The notes beneath the pieces are model-generated. The model saw only the letters and a list, made by a program, of their open reading frames with translations. It searched no databases and was not told where the DNA came from. A DNA stretch of 64,000 nucleotides from the NCBI GenBank assembly GCA_963747625.1, contig CAVVGP010000065.1:3311-67310 (forward strand), read 5' to 3'. The DNA comes from an uncultured Bacteroidales bacterium. GTDB lineage: Bacteria > Bacteroidota > Bacteroidia > Bacteroidales > VadinHA17. Position numbers and translations under genes: made by a program. This document shows positions 33,571 through 44,448 of the stretch, piece by piece (the stretch's first letter is position 1; each line of letters begins with the position of its first letter).

Positions 33571-33664
33571 TCTGTTCCTTTCAATTACATCTTAAATGTA
33601 ACAATTATTGATATAAATTCTTTTCGCCTCCAATATTTCCTCAAAACTTTTATGACATGATTTA

Positions 33665-34312
33665 TTATTGTACCTGTTTGTTTTTTTTATAATAGTTGCA
33701 AAGTTCAGTCAACCCGCATTTACTGCATAAAGGATTTTTTGCTTTACAGATATATCTGCCATGTAATATGAGCCAGTGATGTGCTTCATGAATCAGATCT
33801 GAAGGAATATGGCGGGTAAGCTGAAGTTCGACACTCAAAGGTGTTTTTGCATTTTTAACCAGGCCCAGCCTGTTCGAAACCCTGAAAACATGTGTATCAA
33901 CTGCCATTACAGGTTTTCTGAAGATCACTGAAGCTATAACATTGGCACTCTTTCTTCCGACGCCTGGCAGCTTCTGTAAAAGATCCGGTTCAGATGGTAT
34001 AATTCCGTTGAAATCCGATACAAGCATTCGCGACATTCCGATAAGATGTTTTGCCTTGTTATTTGGATATGAGCATGATTTTATATATTCAAAAATATCT
34101 GCCGGTTCAGCTTTGGCCATCGACAAGGCATCAGGATATTTTTTCATTAACAATGGAGTTATAATATTAACTCTCTTGTCGGTGCATTGCGCGGAAAGTA
34201 TCACTGCAACCAGAAGCTCGAAGGGATTATCATATACCAGTTCAGTCTCTGCTACAGGAAAGGTTTTCTGAAAATATTCTATAATCCGGTTAAATTTTTC
34301 ATTAATTATCAT
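33665..34312 (-). CDS. nth: Endonuclease III (DNA glycosylase/AP lyase)
   Basis: Intact 215-aa ORF with HhH-GPD LPGVGRKSANV, the catalytic-region VDTHVFRV, and the C-terminal Fe-S cluster loop CKAKNPLCSKCGLTELC. Confidence 0.9.
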   Translation of the reverse strand: MIINEKFNRIIEYFQKTFPVAETELVYDNPFELLVAVILSAQCTDKRVNIITPLLMKKYPDALSMAKAEPADIFEYIKSCSYPNNKAKHLIGMSRMLVSDFNGIIPSEPDLLQKLPGVGRKSANVIASVIFRKPVMAVDTHVFRVSNRLGLVKNAKTPLSVELQLTRHIPSDLIHEAHHWLILHGRYICKAKNPLCSKCGLTELCNYYKKNKQVQ

Positions 34313-34375
34313 CGATCATAAAATAATAGTGCGGGTAAGATAACACTTTTTATCTTTGCACCATATTAGCTATTT

Positions 34376-36251
34376 ATGATTAGTTACCTTCAGGCAGACA
34401 GTATTGCCAGACGAATAGGAGATAATCTTCTTTTCGACAATATTAATTTAAATATAAACAAGGATGATAAGGTTGCTCTTATTGCTGTAAATGGAGCAGG
34501 TAAGTCTTCACTGCTTGATATTCTGGCCGGGAAGGAAAATCCTGATAACGGTTCTCTGAGTATAAAACGTGATTTACGGATTGCTTATCTTCAGCAATCC
34601 CCGGTTTTGAATGAATCAAACAAAATTATTGATGAGCTTTTCTTTACCGACAGTGAGCTGGTAAGTGTTATTAAGGAATATGAAAAATGTGTTCTGAGCG
34701 GCCCTCCTGAACAGCTCCAGCCTATGATTCAGAAGATGGATGATTATAAAGCCTGGGATTATGAAGTGGCTGTCAGGCAGGTTTTGTACAGGCTTAAGCT
34801 TAACGATATGAATGCCGTTATCGGAACCCTGTCGGGCGGACAAAAGAAAAGGGTGGCACTTGCAAAAATCCTTGTGGAAGATGCAGACCTTCTTATCCTT
34901 GATGAACCAACAAACCATCTCGACCTCGATATGATCGAGTGGCTCGAGGAGTATCTTATAAAATCTAATAAGACACTTCTTATGGTTACTCACGACAGAT
35001 ACTTCCTCGACAAGAGTCTGTAACGTGATATTGGAACTTTCCGATAACGAACTTTACAGGTACGAAGGCAATTATGAATATTTTCTTGAGAAGAAACAGA
35101 GCAGGGAATATTCAGCTAAAATGAATTCAGAAAAGGCTAAAAACCTTTTAAAAACAGAGCTGGAATGGATGAGGCGGATGCCAAAAGCCAGGAGGCATAA
35201 GGCCAAATCGAGGATTGAGTCATTTTATGATCTGAAGGAAAAAGCTGCTAACCGGCCAGATGAAAAAAGCATCAATATTAATGTGAATATCTCAAGAATG
35301 GGTAGTAAAATCCTTGAGTTAAAAAATGTGAGTAAATCTTTTGGCGACAAGCTTCTTATTAATGACTTTACTTATCTTTTCAGCAGGTTTGAAAAAGCCG
35401 GACTTATAGGAAGGAACGGCACAGGGAAAACAACCTTGCTGAATATGATAACAGGACTCACTGAACCTGATTCCGGTACGGTTGACCGAGGTGAGACAAT
35501 CATCTTTGGATATTACCGCCAGGAGGGAATTGAATTCGACAATGATATGACCGTTATTGATGCAGTAAAGAACATAGCAGAAAAGGTTGTGGTTAATGAT
35601 GGCAACTCCTTGTCAATTCTACAGTTCATGAATTATTTCCTGTTTCCTCCGGAAAAACAGTTTACTCTGATCAGAAAATTGTCGGGTGGTGAAAAAAGAC
35701 GCCTTTACCTTTTAACAGTACTGATGAAAAATCCGAATTTTCTGATCCTTGACGAACCGACGAATGATCTTGATATTCTTACCCTTAATGTTCTGGAGGA
35801 ATACCTCGCAGGTTTCAGAGGCTGTGTAATTGTAGTCTCCCACGACAGATATTTTATGGACAAGGTTGTCGATCATATTTTTGAATATAAGGGAGCAGGT
35901 ATTATAAAGGATTTTCCAGGTAATTATTCTCAGCTCAGGGAGAAACAGAAAGAGACGGAAAAGCAGGTACCAGATGATAAACCTCCAAAAAAAACAGAAC
36001 CTGTCGGGGTATCAGAAATTCCGGTAAAGAAGGAAAAAAAGAAAGGGCTGACTTTTAACGAGAAAAGGGAATTTGATCTCCTGTCGATTGAAATTGAGAA
36101 TCTTGAAAAGGAAAAGAGACTTATTGAGACTGACCTGAGTCTTGGAGTTATAAATAATGAAGAATTGCTGTCAAAATCCAAAAGGCATGGTGAATTGATG
36201 AAGATACTGGATGAAAAGGAGTTAAGATGGCTTGATTTGAGTGAAAAATGA
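34376..36251 (+). pseudogene. ABC-F family ATPase (two ABC domains, C-terminal coiled coil), single frameshift
   Basis: Walker A motifs are AVNGAGKSS and GRNGTGKTT. Signature motifs are LSGGQKKRVALA and LSGGEKRRLYL. ORFs 34376..35023 and 35025..36251 join if one base is removed at about 35015 (HDRYFLDK / VCNVILELSDNELYRY). Confidence 0.85.
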
Positions 36252-36331
36252 AATATGATTTTCATTTTTACCAAAAAAAGTGCTGAATAAGGTCAGATTT
36301 TTTAACTTTAACATTCAATATAACAGCGCAA

Positions 36332-37369
36332 TTGGAAAAAATTTTAATTAATACGCCTGGTTTCAGCTCTGAAATTATTGTTGGTGAAAAATGGGAAACA
36401 GTTTCCAGGCTTCTTCCTGACAATGGAACGGTAATTATTACTGATGATAATGTAAGGCAGTTATATGGAGACTGGTTTCCTAAGGTCCCTGTCTATTCCC
36501 TTACTCCAGGCGAAGGGAGCAAGAAACTGGAAGTTATTGAATATCTTGCCGGACGACTTCTTGAGGACGGTATTGATCGCTCAGGATTTGTTCTTGCAAT
36601 AGGAGGAGGCGTAGTATCTGATATTGCTGGTTTCCTGGCATCGGTGTATATGAGGGGTATAAGATGCGGATATGTTTCTTCCACATTGTTATCGCAAGTT
36701 GATGCCAGCACAGGGGGTAAAAATGGCGTCAACCTCGGGAGCTCAAAGAACATGATTGGCACAATCAGACAACCTGAATTCGTAATCTGTGATCCTGTAT
36801 TGCTGAAGACACTTCCGGAAAAGGAGTATTTGTCAGGTATGGCTGAACTTATCAAAACGGCCATTATAGGTGACAAAGAATTATTTGAAATAATTGAAAG
36901 AAATTTTGATGACATAATATCAAGAAGATGCTGAACTGCTGACTGAACTTGTAACGAAATCTGTGAGGTTTAAAGGAATGGTAGTATCGAACGATGAAAA
37001 GGAGAAGGATTAAGAAGGATACTTAATTTCGGACATACTTTTGGTCATGCGGTTGAGCTTCAGAGATCCGTAAAACATGGATTAGCAGTGGCCTCAGGTA
37101 TGGAACTGGCTACGGAATTTTCGCTGGAGAAAGGGTATATATCCATTGAGGAAAGAGACCGGATAGTCGATCTGTTGAAAAGAATAATGCTTATCGACAG
37201 GATTGATTTAACTGATGATGAGATGAAAAAGATGATCATCCGTGATAAAAAGAAAACTGGTACGGATATCAATTTTATTTTTACACATGGTGTAGGAAAA
37301 GCTGTTATCGAAAAAGTACCTGTTGATGATGTGCTGGGTTTTTATAAAAGGTTCAGGGATAAAAAATAA
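36332..37369 (+). pseudogene. aroB: 3-dehydroquinate synthase, at least 2 frameshifts
   Basis: ORF 36332..36934 (IGGGVVSDIAGFLASVYMRGI) is followed by unlisted frames QEDAELLTELVTKSVRFKGMVVSNDEKEK and GLRRILNFGHTFGHAVE, then ORF 37088..37369. Shifts are near 36920 and 37008. Confidence 0.8.
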
Positions 37370-37373
37370 TATT

Positions 37374-38378
37374 ATGAATTCTTTTGGAGTTATTTTCAGA
37401 GTCACTCTCTTTGGTGAATCACATGGTCCTGCGATTGGAGTGGTTATTGATGGATGCCCTCCCGGGTTGACTATCGGATCGGAAGATTTTATAGCAGATC
37501 TCAGGAGGCGTCAGAGCGGAAGCACTGGAACGACAATGCGGCATGAACCGGATCTGCCGGAGATACTCAGCGGGGTTTTGAACGGGGTTACAACAGGAGC
37601 ACCTGTCACTTTAATTACAAGGAACAGTGATAAGATTTCTTCCGATTACGATGAATTTAAAAATGTTCCAAGACCCGGCCATGCAGACTTTGTTTCAAAT
37701 GTGAAGCATTCCGGTTTTGCAGATATGCGCGGAAGCGGACATTTCTCGGGAAGAATAACCTGGGGGCTTGTTGCTGCCGGTGTGATCGCAAAAAAGATTG
37801 CAGCCTTGTCAGATGTGAGTGCCAGACTAATCTCCGCAGGGGGATCTGAAAATATTGAGAAAGCTATTAATGAAGCTTTAGCATCAAATGATTCTATAGG
37901 AGGAATTATTGAATGCAGGATTAAAAATCCTCCTGTAGCTATCGGTGAGCCATTTTTTTACTCTTTCGAATCTGCTGTGAGCCATATGATTTTTTCCATT
38001 CCTGCAATCAAAGGTATTGAATTTGGTTCTGGTTTTTCTTCTGCAGCCATGAAGGGTTCAGAACATAATGACCCATTTATAAGCAGGGATGGGAAAACAG
38101 CAACAAATAATGCCGGAGGCATCAATGGAGGTATTACAAATGGGAATGAAATTATATTCAGAATAGTTGTTAAACCTACATCATCGATCGGGGTCGATCA
38201 GACGACATTTAATTTCAAAACAGGAGAGATGACGACCCTTAAGGTAAAAGGGAGGCATGATACCTGTATAGCTTTAAGAATGCCGGTAATAGTTGAAGCA
38301 GCAACTGCTATCGCTATGGCAGATCTTATCCAGATTGACAGGGGTATTCATGGCAAAAGAAAATCAGATATTCAATAG
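37374..38378 (+). CDS. aroC: Chorismate synthase
   Basis: MNSFGVIFRVTLFGESHGPAIGVVIDGCPPG plus RPGHADF and GRHDTC motifs. It is intact. I chose the ATG at 37374, not the track's upstream extension. Confidence 0.9.
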   Translation: MNSFGVIFRVTLFGESHGPAIGVVIDGCPPGLTIGSEDFIADLRRRQSGSTGTTMRHEPDLPEILSGVLNGVTTGAPVTLITRNSDKISSDYDEFKNVPRPGHADFVSNVKHSGFADMRGSGHFSGRITWGLVAAGVIAKKIAALSDVSARLISAGGSENIEKAINEALASNDSIGGIIECRIKNPPVAIGEPFFYSFESAVSHMIFSIPAIKGIEFGSGFSSAAMKGSEHNDPFISRDGKTATNNAGGINGGITNGNEIIFRIVVKPTSSIGVDQTTFNFKTGEMTTLKVKGRHDTCIALRMPVIVEAATAIAMADLIQIDRGIHGKRKSDIQ

Positions 38379-38380
38379 AT

Positions 38381-38446
38381 CTCTGTGGTCCTCTTTTCAT
38401 TGTCTGCGGATTTCTGTGTAACCCAAAAATAAGAACTGTCACAAAG
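38381..38446. repeat. Imperfect palindromic intergenic element (copy 3 of the family), between convergent aroC and tilS
   Basis: CTCTGTGGTCCTC...TGTCTGCGGATTTCTGTGTAACCCAAAAATAAGAACTGTCACAAAG. Confidence 0.45.
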
Positions 38447-38501
38447 CTAAATATCATCCGGAGAATTAGAGTGATAACATATTTGCCTGGAGAAATCCTC
38501 T

Positions 38502-39865
38502 TTATCTGATCGGTTTAATTATTAACGCTTTCCTTTTTGATTTAATAATAAGCCCTTTTTTTGTCGATTCAGTTATTTTAAACCTGTTATCAATCCTGTC
38601 GCCAATAATCCATACTATTTTTCCGTCCGATTCAAGGATGAAGATATTTTCCTTGTCAAATCTTGAATATTTATTGTCGATAAAATAGTCACTCAGTTTT
38701 TTCTTCTGTTTCATTCCTAGGGGATAGAAATAATCCCCTGCTTTCCACTTCCTGATGATCATCGGGAAAACAATTTTCTGGTAATCAATACAGGCAAAAT
38801 GAGAATCTGACGGGATTTCAAATGTGTCAGTGATTCTGACATTCTTCACTGATGAGATGCCGGGAAATGTACAGAATTCCTGTTCATTTTTAATTAAATA
38901 TTGAGTTTCGTTCCGAATTTCTTCGTCAGAAACGATAATCTCCTTCCTGTTTTTAATTATTCTGTGCGTGTCGGTAAAGATCTGACCGCCTGTCTTTCCT
39001 TCAATTACTTTAATCAAATCATTTAAAAGTGAATTAGTAACACCAAATGGCTTAAACAATTCAAAGATTACGGCTTTATTATGCAAATAGTTCTTTAACT
39101 GATTAATATTAAATGTAATGAATTTTTCTTTCTCCTCACAGATACTTTCCCTTAATCGCGATATATATGCGGATACAATTTCATTAAACCCGGAAAATCT
39201 TTCAGCAGTTTCATTAAGTGTGATTTCGATAGAAGGATTTATCTCTTTGAGGACAGGAATTATCATAAGTCTTATTTTGTTCCTGGTATATTTAGTGTCG
39301 GCGTTTGATCTGTCTTCACGGAAATCAATTTTATGCTTATTGCGGAAAGCTAAAATATCCTGCCTGGTAGCGAAAAGCAATGGTCGGATAATCCTGTTGT
39401 TTAATGGTTTCATGCCTGCCATTCCTGTAAGTCCTGTTCCTCTTATAAGGTTTATAAGAAGGGTTTCAATATTATCATTAATGTTATGTGCAACGGCAAT
39501 CAGATCGTATTCATTTTTCATCCTTATCTCTTCGAACCACTTGTATCTCAGATCTCTCGCAGCCATCTGGACAGATAGTTTATTCTTTTCTGCATAAGAT
39601 TCAGTTTCAAACCTTTTTGTATAAAAAGGAATATTATGTACGGCAGCAAAATTACATACCAGTACCTCATCTTTGTCTGATTCTCCGGCTCTGAGTGAAA
39701 AATTGCAATGAGCTATACCTATTTTATATTCAAGCTGGCAAACAGGTAAGCCATAACCATTGAATCGATGCCCCCACTGACTGTCAGAAGAATTTTGTCT
39801 CCGGTTTTAATAAGATTGTTTTCAGAAATGAACTTTTTAAACTGATTTATCATATTTTGGTGCAT
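38502..39865 (-). pseudogene. tilS: tRNA(Ile)-lysidine synthetase, single frameshift near the 5' end
   Basis: ATG at 39863-65 gives MHQNMINQFKKFISENNLIKTGDKILLTVSGGIDSMVMAYLFASL (PP-loop SGGxDS). The frame shifts near 39730 into EYKIGIAHCNFSLR..., which continues into ORF 38502..39566. Confidence 0.85.
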
Positions 39866-39930
39866 TGAGATGTAAAAATAGAAAAAGGGATCCTTTCAGG
39901 GGATACCTTTTCAATAAAATTCTGTGTAAA

Positions 39931-40053
39931 CTATCGTTTTGAGAGGTAATCAGCCACACTTTGCTGAGTTTCTTTCATCGCCTTGTCTCCTTTATGCTGG
40001 TCTGCGGGACATACTTCACTGTTTTCTTCAGATTTCCCAAATAAAACAGCCAT
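39931..40053 (-). CDS. Possible small protein (40 aa), unknown function
   Basis: This ATG-to-TAG ORF, MAVLFGKSEENSEVCPADQHKGDKAMKETQQSVADYLSKR, is not in the track because it is under 60 aa. It lies in an otherwise empty 260-nt gap with an AT-rich upstream region. There is no homology evidence. Confidence 0.25.
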   Translation of the reverse strand: MAVLFGKSEENSEVCPADQHKGDKAMKETQQSVADYLSKR

Positions 40054-40126
40054 TTTTTCAATGTAAATTATTAAAAATTAATTTATCTGGTATACTAACA
40101 TTACGATCTAAAATTGAATTTGTTTA

Positions 40127-42059
40127 TTACTGGTATGGCATTACAGCCGGAGGGCCGGGTTCAAAATTAGCAGGTCGCAATAGCTGCTCGCCTGAAACAA
40201 TGATGGGTGAGATTGTTGAGTATAGCGGAAAATTCGGAAAATAACTGATCCTGATCTGAAGAGTGTTAAAAATGAGATTATCATTTCTGATTCTTATACC
40301 AAACCCTATACTGGAAAGCGTATATCCATTTCCCAGCATTTCATTTGTGCTGGAGAGGAATGAAAAATCAGCAAAACCAAAAAATGCGAATCTGAAACCA
40401 TAAAGATTAACAGGGCTGAATAAAACAGATTCAAGACTAACTGTAAATCTTTGCGTGCCGTTTACAGAGTCATTTTTAAATCCCGAGAATCCATTATCAG
40501 TATTGAACCTAAGGTATTCATTGGAATATCTTCCGAATCCTTTCATATATTTAACATAAACGAAATTCCTGACCTTGGCGGTTCCCAGGTTTAAAAGGTT
40601 TGAAAAATAACTAATTCCTAGTGACACTATTCCCTGTTCGGTACGATTTTTATTCAGATAAGTTGGAAATCCTGCAATAAGCATAAAAATAGCCAAGATC
40701 TTTGCTGGCGGTACCAAATGACACTTCACCCCCAAGGTATGTTCTCTGCTTAAACTCATTAAATTCTCTTCCTACTGTGACTTTAAACAATGCTCCATAT
40801 GGTATGTCTTCAGTACGTCCATAACCATAGATAAGATTGGTTTTGCATATTTTTGGATTGAAAGAGCGGCAGAACTCAGAAAAATCTTGTATTTCTGTAA
40901 ATTATGAAATGATTCAGACGAAATTACAGGATGAGTGAATACATTATTATTGGTATAACGTCCCCTATTATAATCCTTGAAACAGAATACTTATTTACAA
41001 GAAAGGATCTGGATAACCAGTAATCCTGTAAATTGTACTTCAGCGGCGCAGGAACATTAATGTATCAAGATCTTCTGAAGTATACATCTGATGTATAGAA
41101 ATTCCTCCTGCATATTTGGTGGATGAACTGACAAGTTTACGGTTAAGTCGAAACCATACGTCTTTTCTCCAAGTCCATTCAGATAGTCCACATTCAGGTT
41201 TATAAACGACTTTGCAATATTATCCTCGATATAGTGCACTCCAAATCCGGGAGAATCAGGTTTTGTATTATCGTAAGGTACATTGATTCCGAATTCATGT
41301 CCCATTCCAAAGATATTTTTATCAAAAACTGAAATGGACCCTTTGTCAAGTCCATTATAGGTATAGGCAGCTCCGAGTGAATAAACATCCTTTGTATAAA
41401 CGATAATATCGGCTTCATCATCCGATACAGGAACAACAATTATTCTTGCATCATCAATAAATGGAAGTTGTCGTAAAATTCTCTCGTTATCGCTGAGTGT
41501 CAGCGGAGATATCTTATCTCCTTCAGAAAATAAAAGGTTTTTTCTGATGATATTTTCATTTGTATTAAAATGGGTCTTATTTAATAGTTTATAAATCTTC
41601 TAGCTGGCTGAATCAGGATTATTAATATCAGCTCCAAAGACATTGAGCCTCTGTATTATAATTTTTCTGATTTTTTGCCCGAATATTTTAAATAGGTTGC
41701 ATCGCTTGTCCCGTTAAATTGTTTTTTGAAAAGAGTATCCGGATTTATTACAATAAAACTATATAGTTGCCGGGTCAGCTTTTTCTTCGAAGCTCTAACT
41801 TTAAGGGTATCGTAAAATATATAATTTTTATTTTTTGCAAGAATTTCCTGGGAAATAATTTCAGCAGGACTAATTAACGTTTCTTTCCTTTGGGAAAGAG
41901 AAATTTTCTCATTGAAATTTTGAATGATTCCCGGGAAAAATTTATAGATTGTGTCATTTTCTGAAGAATAACAGGATATGCAATTTTACAAGACAGAAAC
42001 AGGGTCAAAAAGATAGTTGACCTCAACCGGTTCCTGTATTTGCTCAGAATTTTGCACAT
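40127..42059 (-). pseudogene. Omp85/BamA-like outer-membrane protein (POTRA-like N-terminal part plus beta-barrel), several frameshifts
   Basis: The start ATG overlaps the stop of the upstream gene (TGATG at 42057-42061). Signal-like segment is RLRSTIFLTLFLSC. One frame at about 41530..41057 reads GDKISPLTLSDNERILRQLPFIDDARIIVVPVSDDEADIIVYTKDVYSLG...GMGHEFGINVPY. ORF 40127..40759 has alternating beta-strand character. Frames differ between the pieces. Confidence 0.6.
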
Positions 42060-42769
42060 CAGGTTTCTTGAGGATTGCTAACCAACACATCATCAGAATT
42101 GAACTGAAATCCAAGCCTTTTTCCTGTTATAACCCTGGAATGTTGAATCTTCGCTTCAGCCTGGCCCACTGTTGCTATTTTCACTGCATCATATGGAGGT
42201 ACCAGGAGATCAAATTCGAGGGCATATTGAATAGCAGTCGATATGATCATCTGGAGCGATTGTTTGCTTATTTCCTCATTTCCATAATTAGTGAATAACA
42301 TTCCCATCTGTCTTTTTCCCTCTACAAAATACTGTTTTTCATGATTTATGAAAATTCTTGCAATCAGATATCCAAGATCGTCTAACCTCGAATATTTGAA
42401 TGAGTCGTTCAAAAAATTGTAAATATTTATAATGCCTGAATATGCGTTATATTTGTTTTTCTGAATGTATGCAGTTTTCCAGGCTGGGTGTTCCCTGTCA
42501 AACTGAAAAATATTGGAATGCATGCTGAACAACAATATATCTCCTGCAACTTTTAACTGGGCGTCAAAATTACTTCTGTCAGTATATTCAAGTCTGATCC
42601 TGGAATCAATTCCACCCAGACTTGAATTTATCTCCTTTGATAAACTTTTAAGAACATCTTTAACAACGGAAAATGATTCCAAAGTATTGTCGAAAACTTT
42701 TTGCTTCAGAAGCGATTTTTCTTTAAGTGTTCCTATTATTGCCACTTTTTTATCATTCTGTCCGGTCAT
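42059..42769 (-). CDS. Hypothetical cytoplasmic protein downstream of proS
   Basis: ATG at 42767-69 (MTGQNDKKVAIIGTLKEK...). The track's longer ORF extends into the proS 3' end and is unlikely. I recognise no motif. Confidence 0.55.
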   Translation of the reverse strand: MTGQNDKKVAIIGTLKEKSLLKQKVFDNTLESFSVVKDVLKSLSKEINSSLGGIDSRIRLEYTDRSNFDAQLKVAGDILLFSMHSNIFQFDREHPAWKTAYIQKNKYNAYSGIINIYNFLNDSFKYSRLDDLGYLIARIFINHEKQYFVEGKRQMGMLFTNYGNEEISKQSLQMIISTAIQYALEFDLLVPPYDAVKIATVGQAEAKIQHSRVITGKRLGFQFNSDDVLVSNPQET

Positions 42770-42876
42770 TTTAAACGTAGAGTTAAGTGAGATATTGGCT
42801 TCTAAAATAAGAATTATTAAATGAAATTGGAAAATTGATATCAAAACAGGTATCCGTGATTCCTTTAATCCTTTAA

Positions 42877-44352
42877 TTAATATGATCTTGCAAACAGAAC
42901 CCTCCGTTTTGATGGTTTTCCTGAATAGATACATTTCCCTGGTTCATCAGGGCTGTCAAAAGGAATGCACCTGATGGTGGCTTTAGTCTCCTCCTTGATT
43001 TTTTCTTCAGTCTCAACAGTTCCATCCCAGTGAGCCATTATAAAACCACCCTGGTTATCAAGAATCTTTAGAAATTCATCCCATTTGTCAACATAAAAAG
43101 TATTCTCCTTCCTGAAATTCAGAGCCTTGTTATAAATGTTTTTCTGGATCTCTTCAAGAAGCACAGGTACATATTCATTCACTTTGTCAATTGGTATTGT
43201 CTCTTTTGCAAGGGTATCCCTCCTTGCAACTTCAATTGTTTTATTTTCAAGATCACGAGGTCCTATCGCAAGGCGGACAGGAACCCCCTTAAGTTCATAA
43301 TCAGCAAATTTCCATCCGGGTTTATTGTTATCCCTGTCATCATATTTTACTGAGATCCCCAAAGCCTCCAACCCTGTTTTTATTCTTACAGCTGTTTCAG
43401 TTAAAGCCCCAATCTGATCAATATTTTTATAAATAGGAATTATTACAACCTGTATCGGGGCAAGTTTGGGAGGCAATACAAGACCATGATTATCGGCGTG
43501 GCCCATTATTATGGCTCCCATAAGCCTTGTTGAGACTCCCCACGAAGTGGCCCAAACATAATCAAGTTTTCCGGTTCGGTCGGTAAACTGAACATCGAAT
43601 GCCTTTGCGAAATTTTGGCCCAGAAAATGGCTTGTTCCTGCCTGCAAAGCTTTTCCATCCTGCATGAGTGCTTCAATGGCAAATGTATCGAGGGCTCCTG
43701 CAAATCTCTCATTTTCACTCTTATAGCCTTTAATAACAGGAAGTGCCATTGAGTTTTCGGCAAAGCTTGCATAAACATTTATCATCTTTTCAGTTTCTTC
43801 TACAGCTTCCTCACGGGTAGCATGAGCAGTGTGACCTTCCTGCCAGAGAAATTCAGTAGTCCTAAGGAACAGCCTAGTCCTCATTTCCCACCTCACGACA
43901 TTGGCCCATTGATTAATCAGTATTGGCAGGTCCCTGTATGAATGGATCCAGTTCTTATAGGAATGCCAGATGATAGTCTCTGAAGTAGGCCTTATTATCA
44001 GTTCTTCCTCAAGTTTTGCAGTCGGATCAACTACTATTCCATTTCCATTTTCATCATTTTTGAGACGATAGTGAGTAACAACAGCACATTCTTTAGCAAA
44101 TCCTTTTACATGTGCTGCTTCCTTACTGAAAAAAGATTTTGGGATAAATAATGGGAAATATGCATTTACATGACCAGTGGCTTTAAACAGTCTGTCCAGC
44201 TCTGCCTGTATTTTTTCCCATATCGCGTACCCATACGGTTTAATGACCATGCATCCGCGTACAGCAGAATTTTCAGCAAGATCAGCCTTGATAACCAGAT
44301 CGTTATACCATTGTGAGTAATTTTCGTCCCTGTTTGTTAAAAACTTCGCCAT
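42877..44352 (-). CDS. proS: Proline--tRNA ligase (archaeal/eukaryote-like type, no INS domain)
   Basis: Intact 491-aa [30 protein letters not shown]..., class II motifs FRPTSET...RWE and [12 protein letters not shown], and a C-terminal ...[14 protein letters not shown] tail. Confidence 0.95.
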   Translation of the reverse strand: MAKFLTNRDENYSQWYNDLVIKADLAENSAVRGCMVIKPYGYAIWEKIQAELDRLFKATGHVNAYFPLFIPKSFFSKEAAHVKGFAKECAVVTHYRLKNDENGNGIVVDPTAKLEEELIIRPTSETIIWHSYKNWIHSYRDLPILINQWANVVRWEMRTRLFLRTTEFLWQEGHTAHATREEAVEETEKMINVYASFAENSMALPVIKGYKSENERFAGALDTFAIEALMQDGKALQAGTSHFLGQNFAKAFDVQFTDRTGKLDYVWATSWGVSTRLMGAIIMGHADNHGLVLPPKLAPIQVVIIPIYKNIDQIGALTETAVRIKTGLEALGISVKYDDRDNNKPGWKFADYELKGVPVRLAIGPRDLENKTIEVARRDTLAKETIPIDKVNEYVPVLLEEIQKNIYNKALNFRKENTFYVDKWDEFLKILDNQGGFIMAHWDGTVETEEKIKEETKATIRCIPFDSPDEPGKCIYSGKPSKRRVLFARSY

Positions 44353-44448
44353 TTTTTGGTATGGTATTTGTTTGATTAATTAAAAATAGATCGCGTAAAA
44401 ATAAATAAAAAGATCAGTTATTACTCAAAAAAGGAAGTGAGGTTAATC

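Noticed and set aside
39939-40244. A 101-aa plus-strand ORF in the tilS/Omp85 gap
   Set aside because: It overlaps the antisense of the Omp85-like 3' end and of the small minus-strand ORF. It starts at a non-ATG codon and has no recognisable features.
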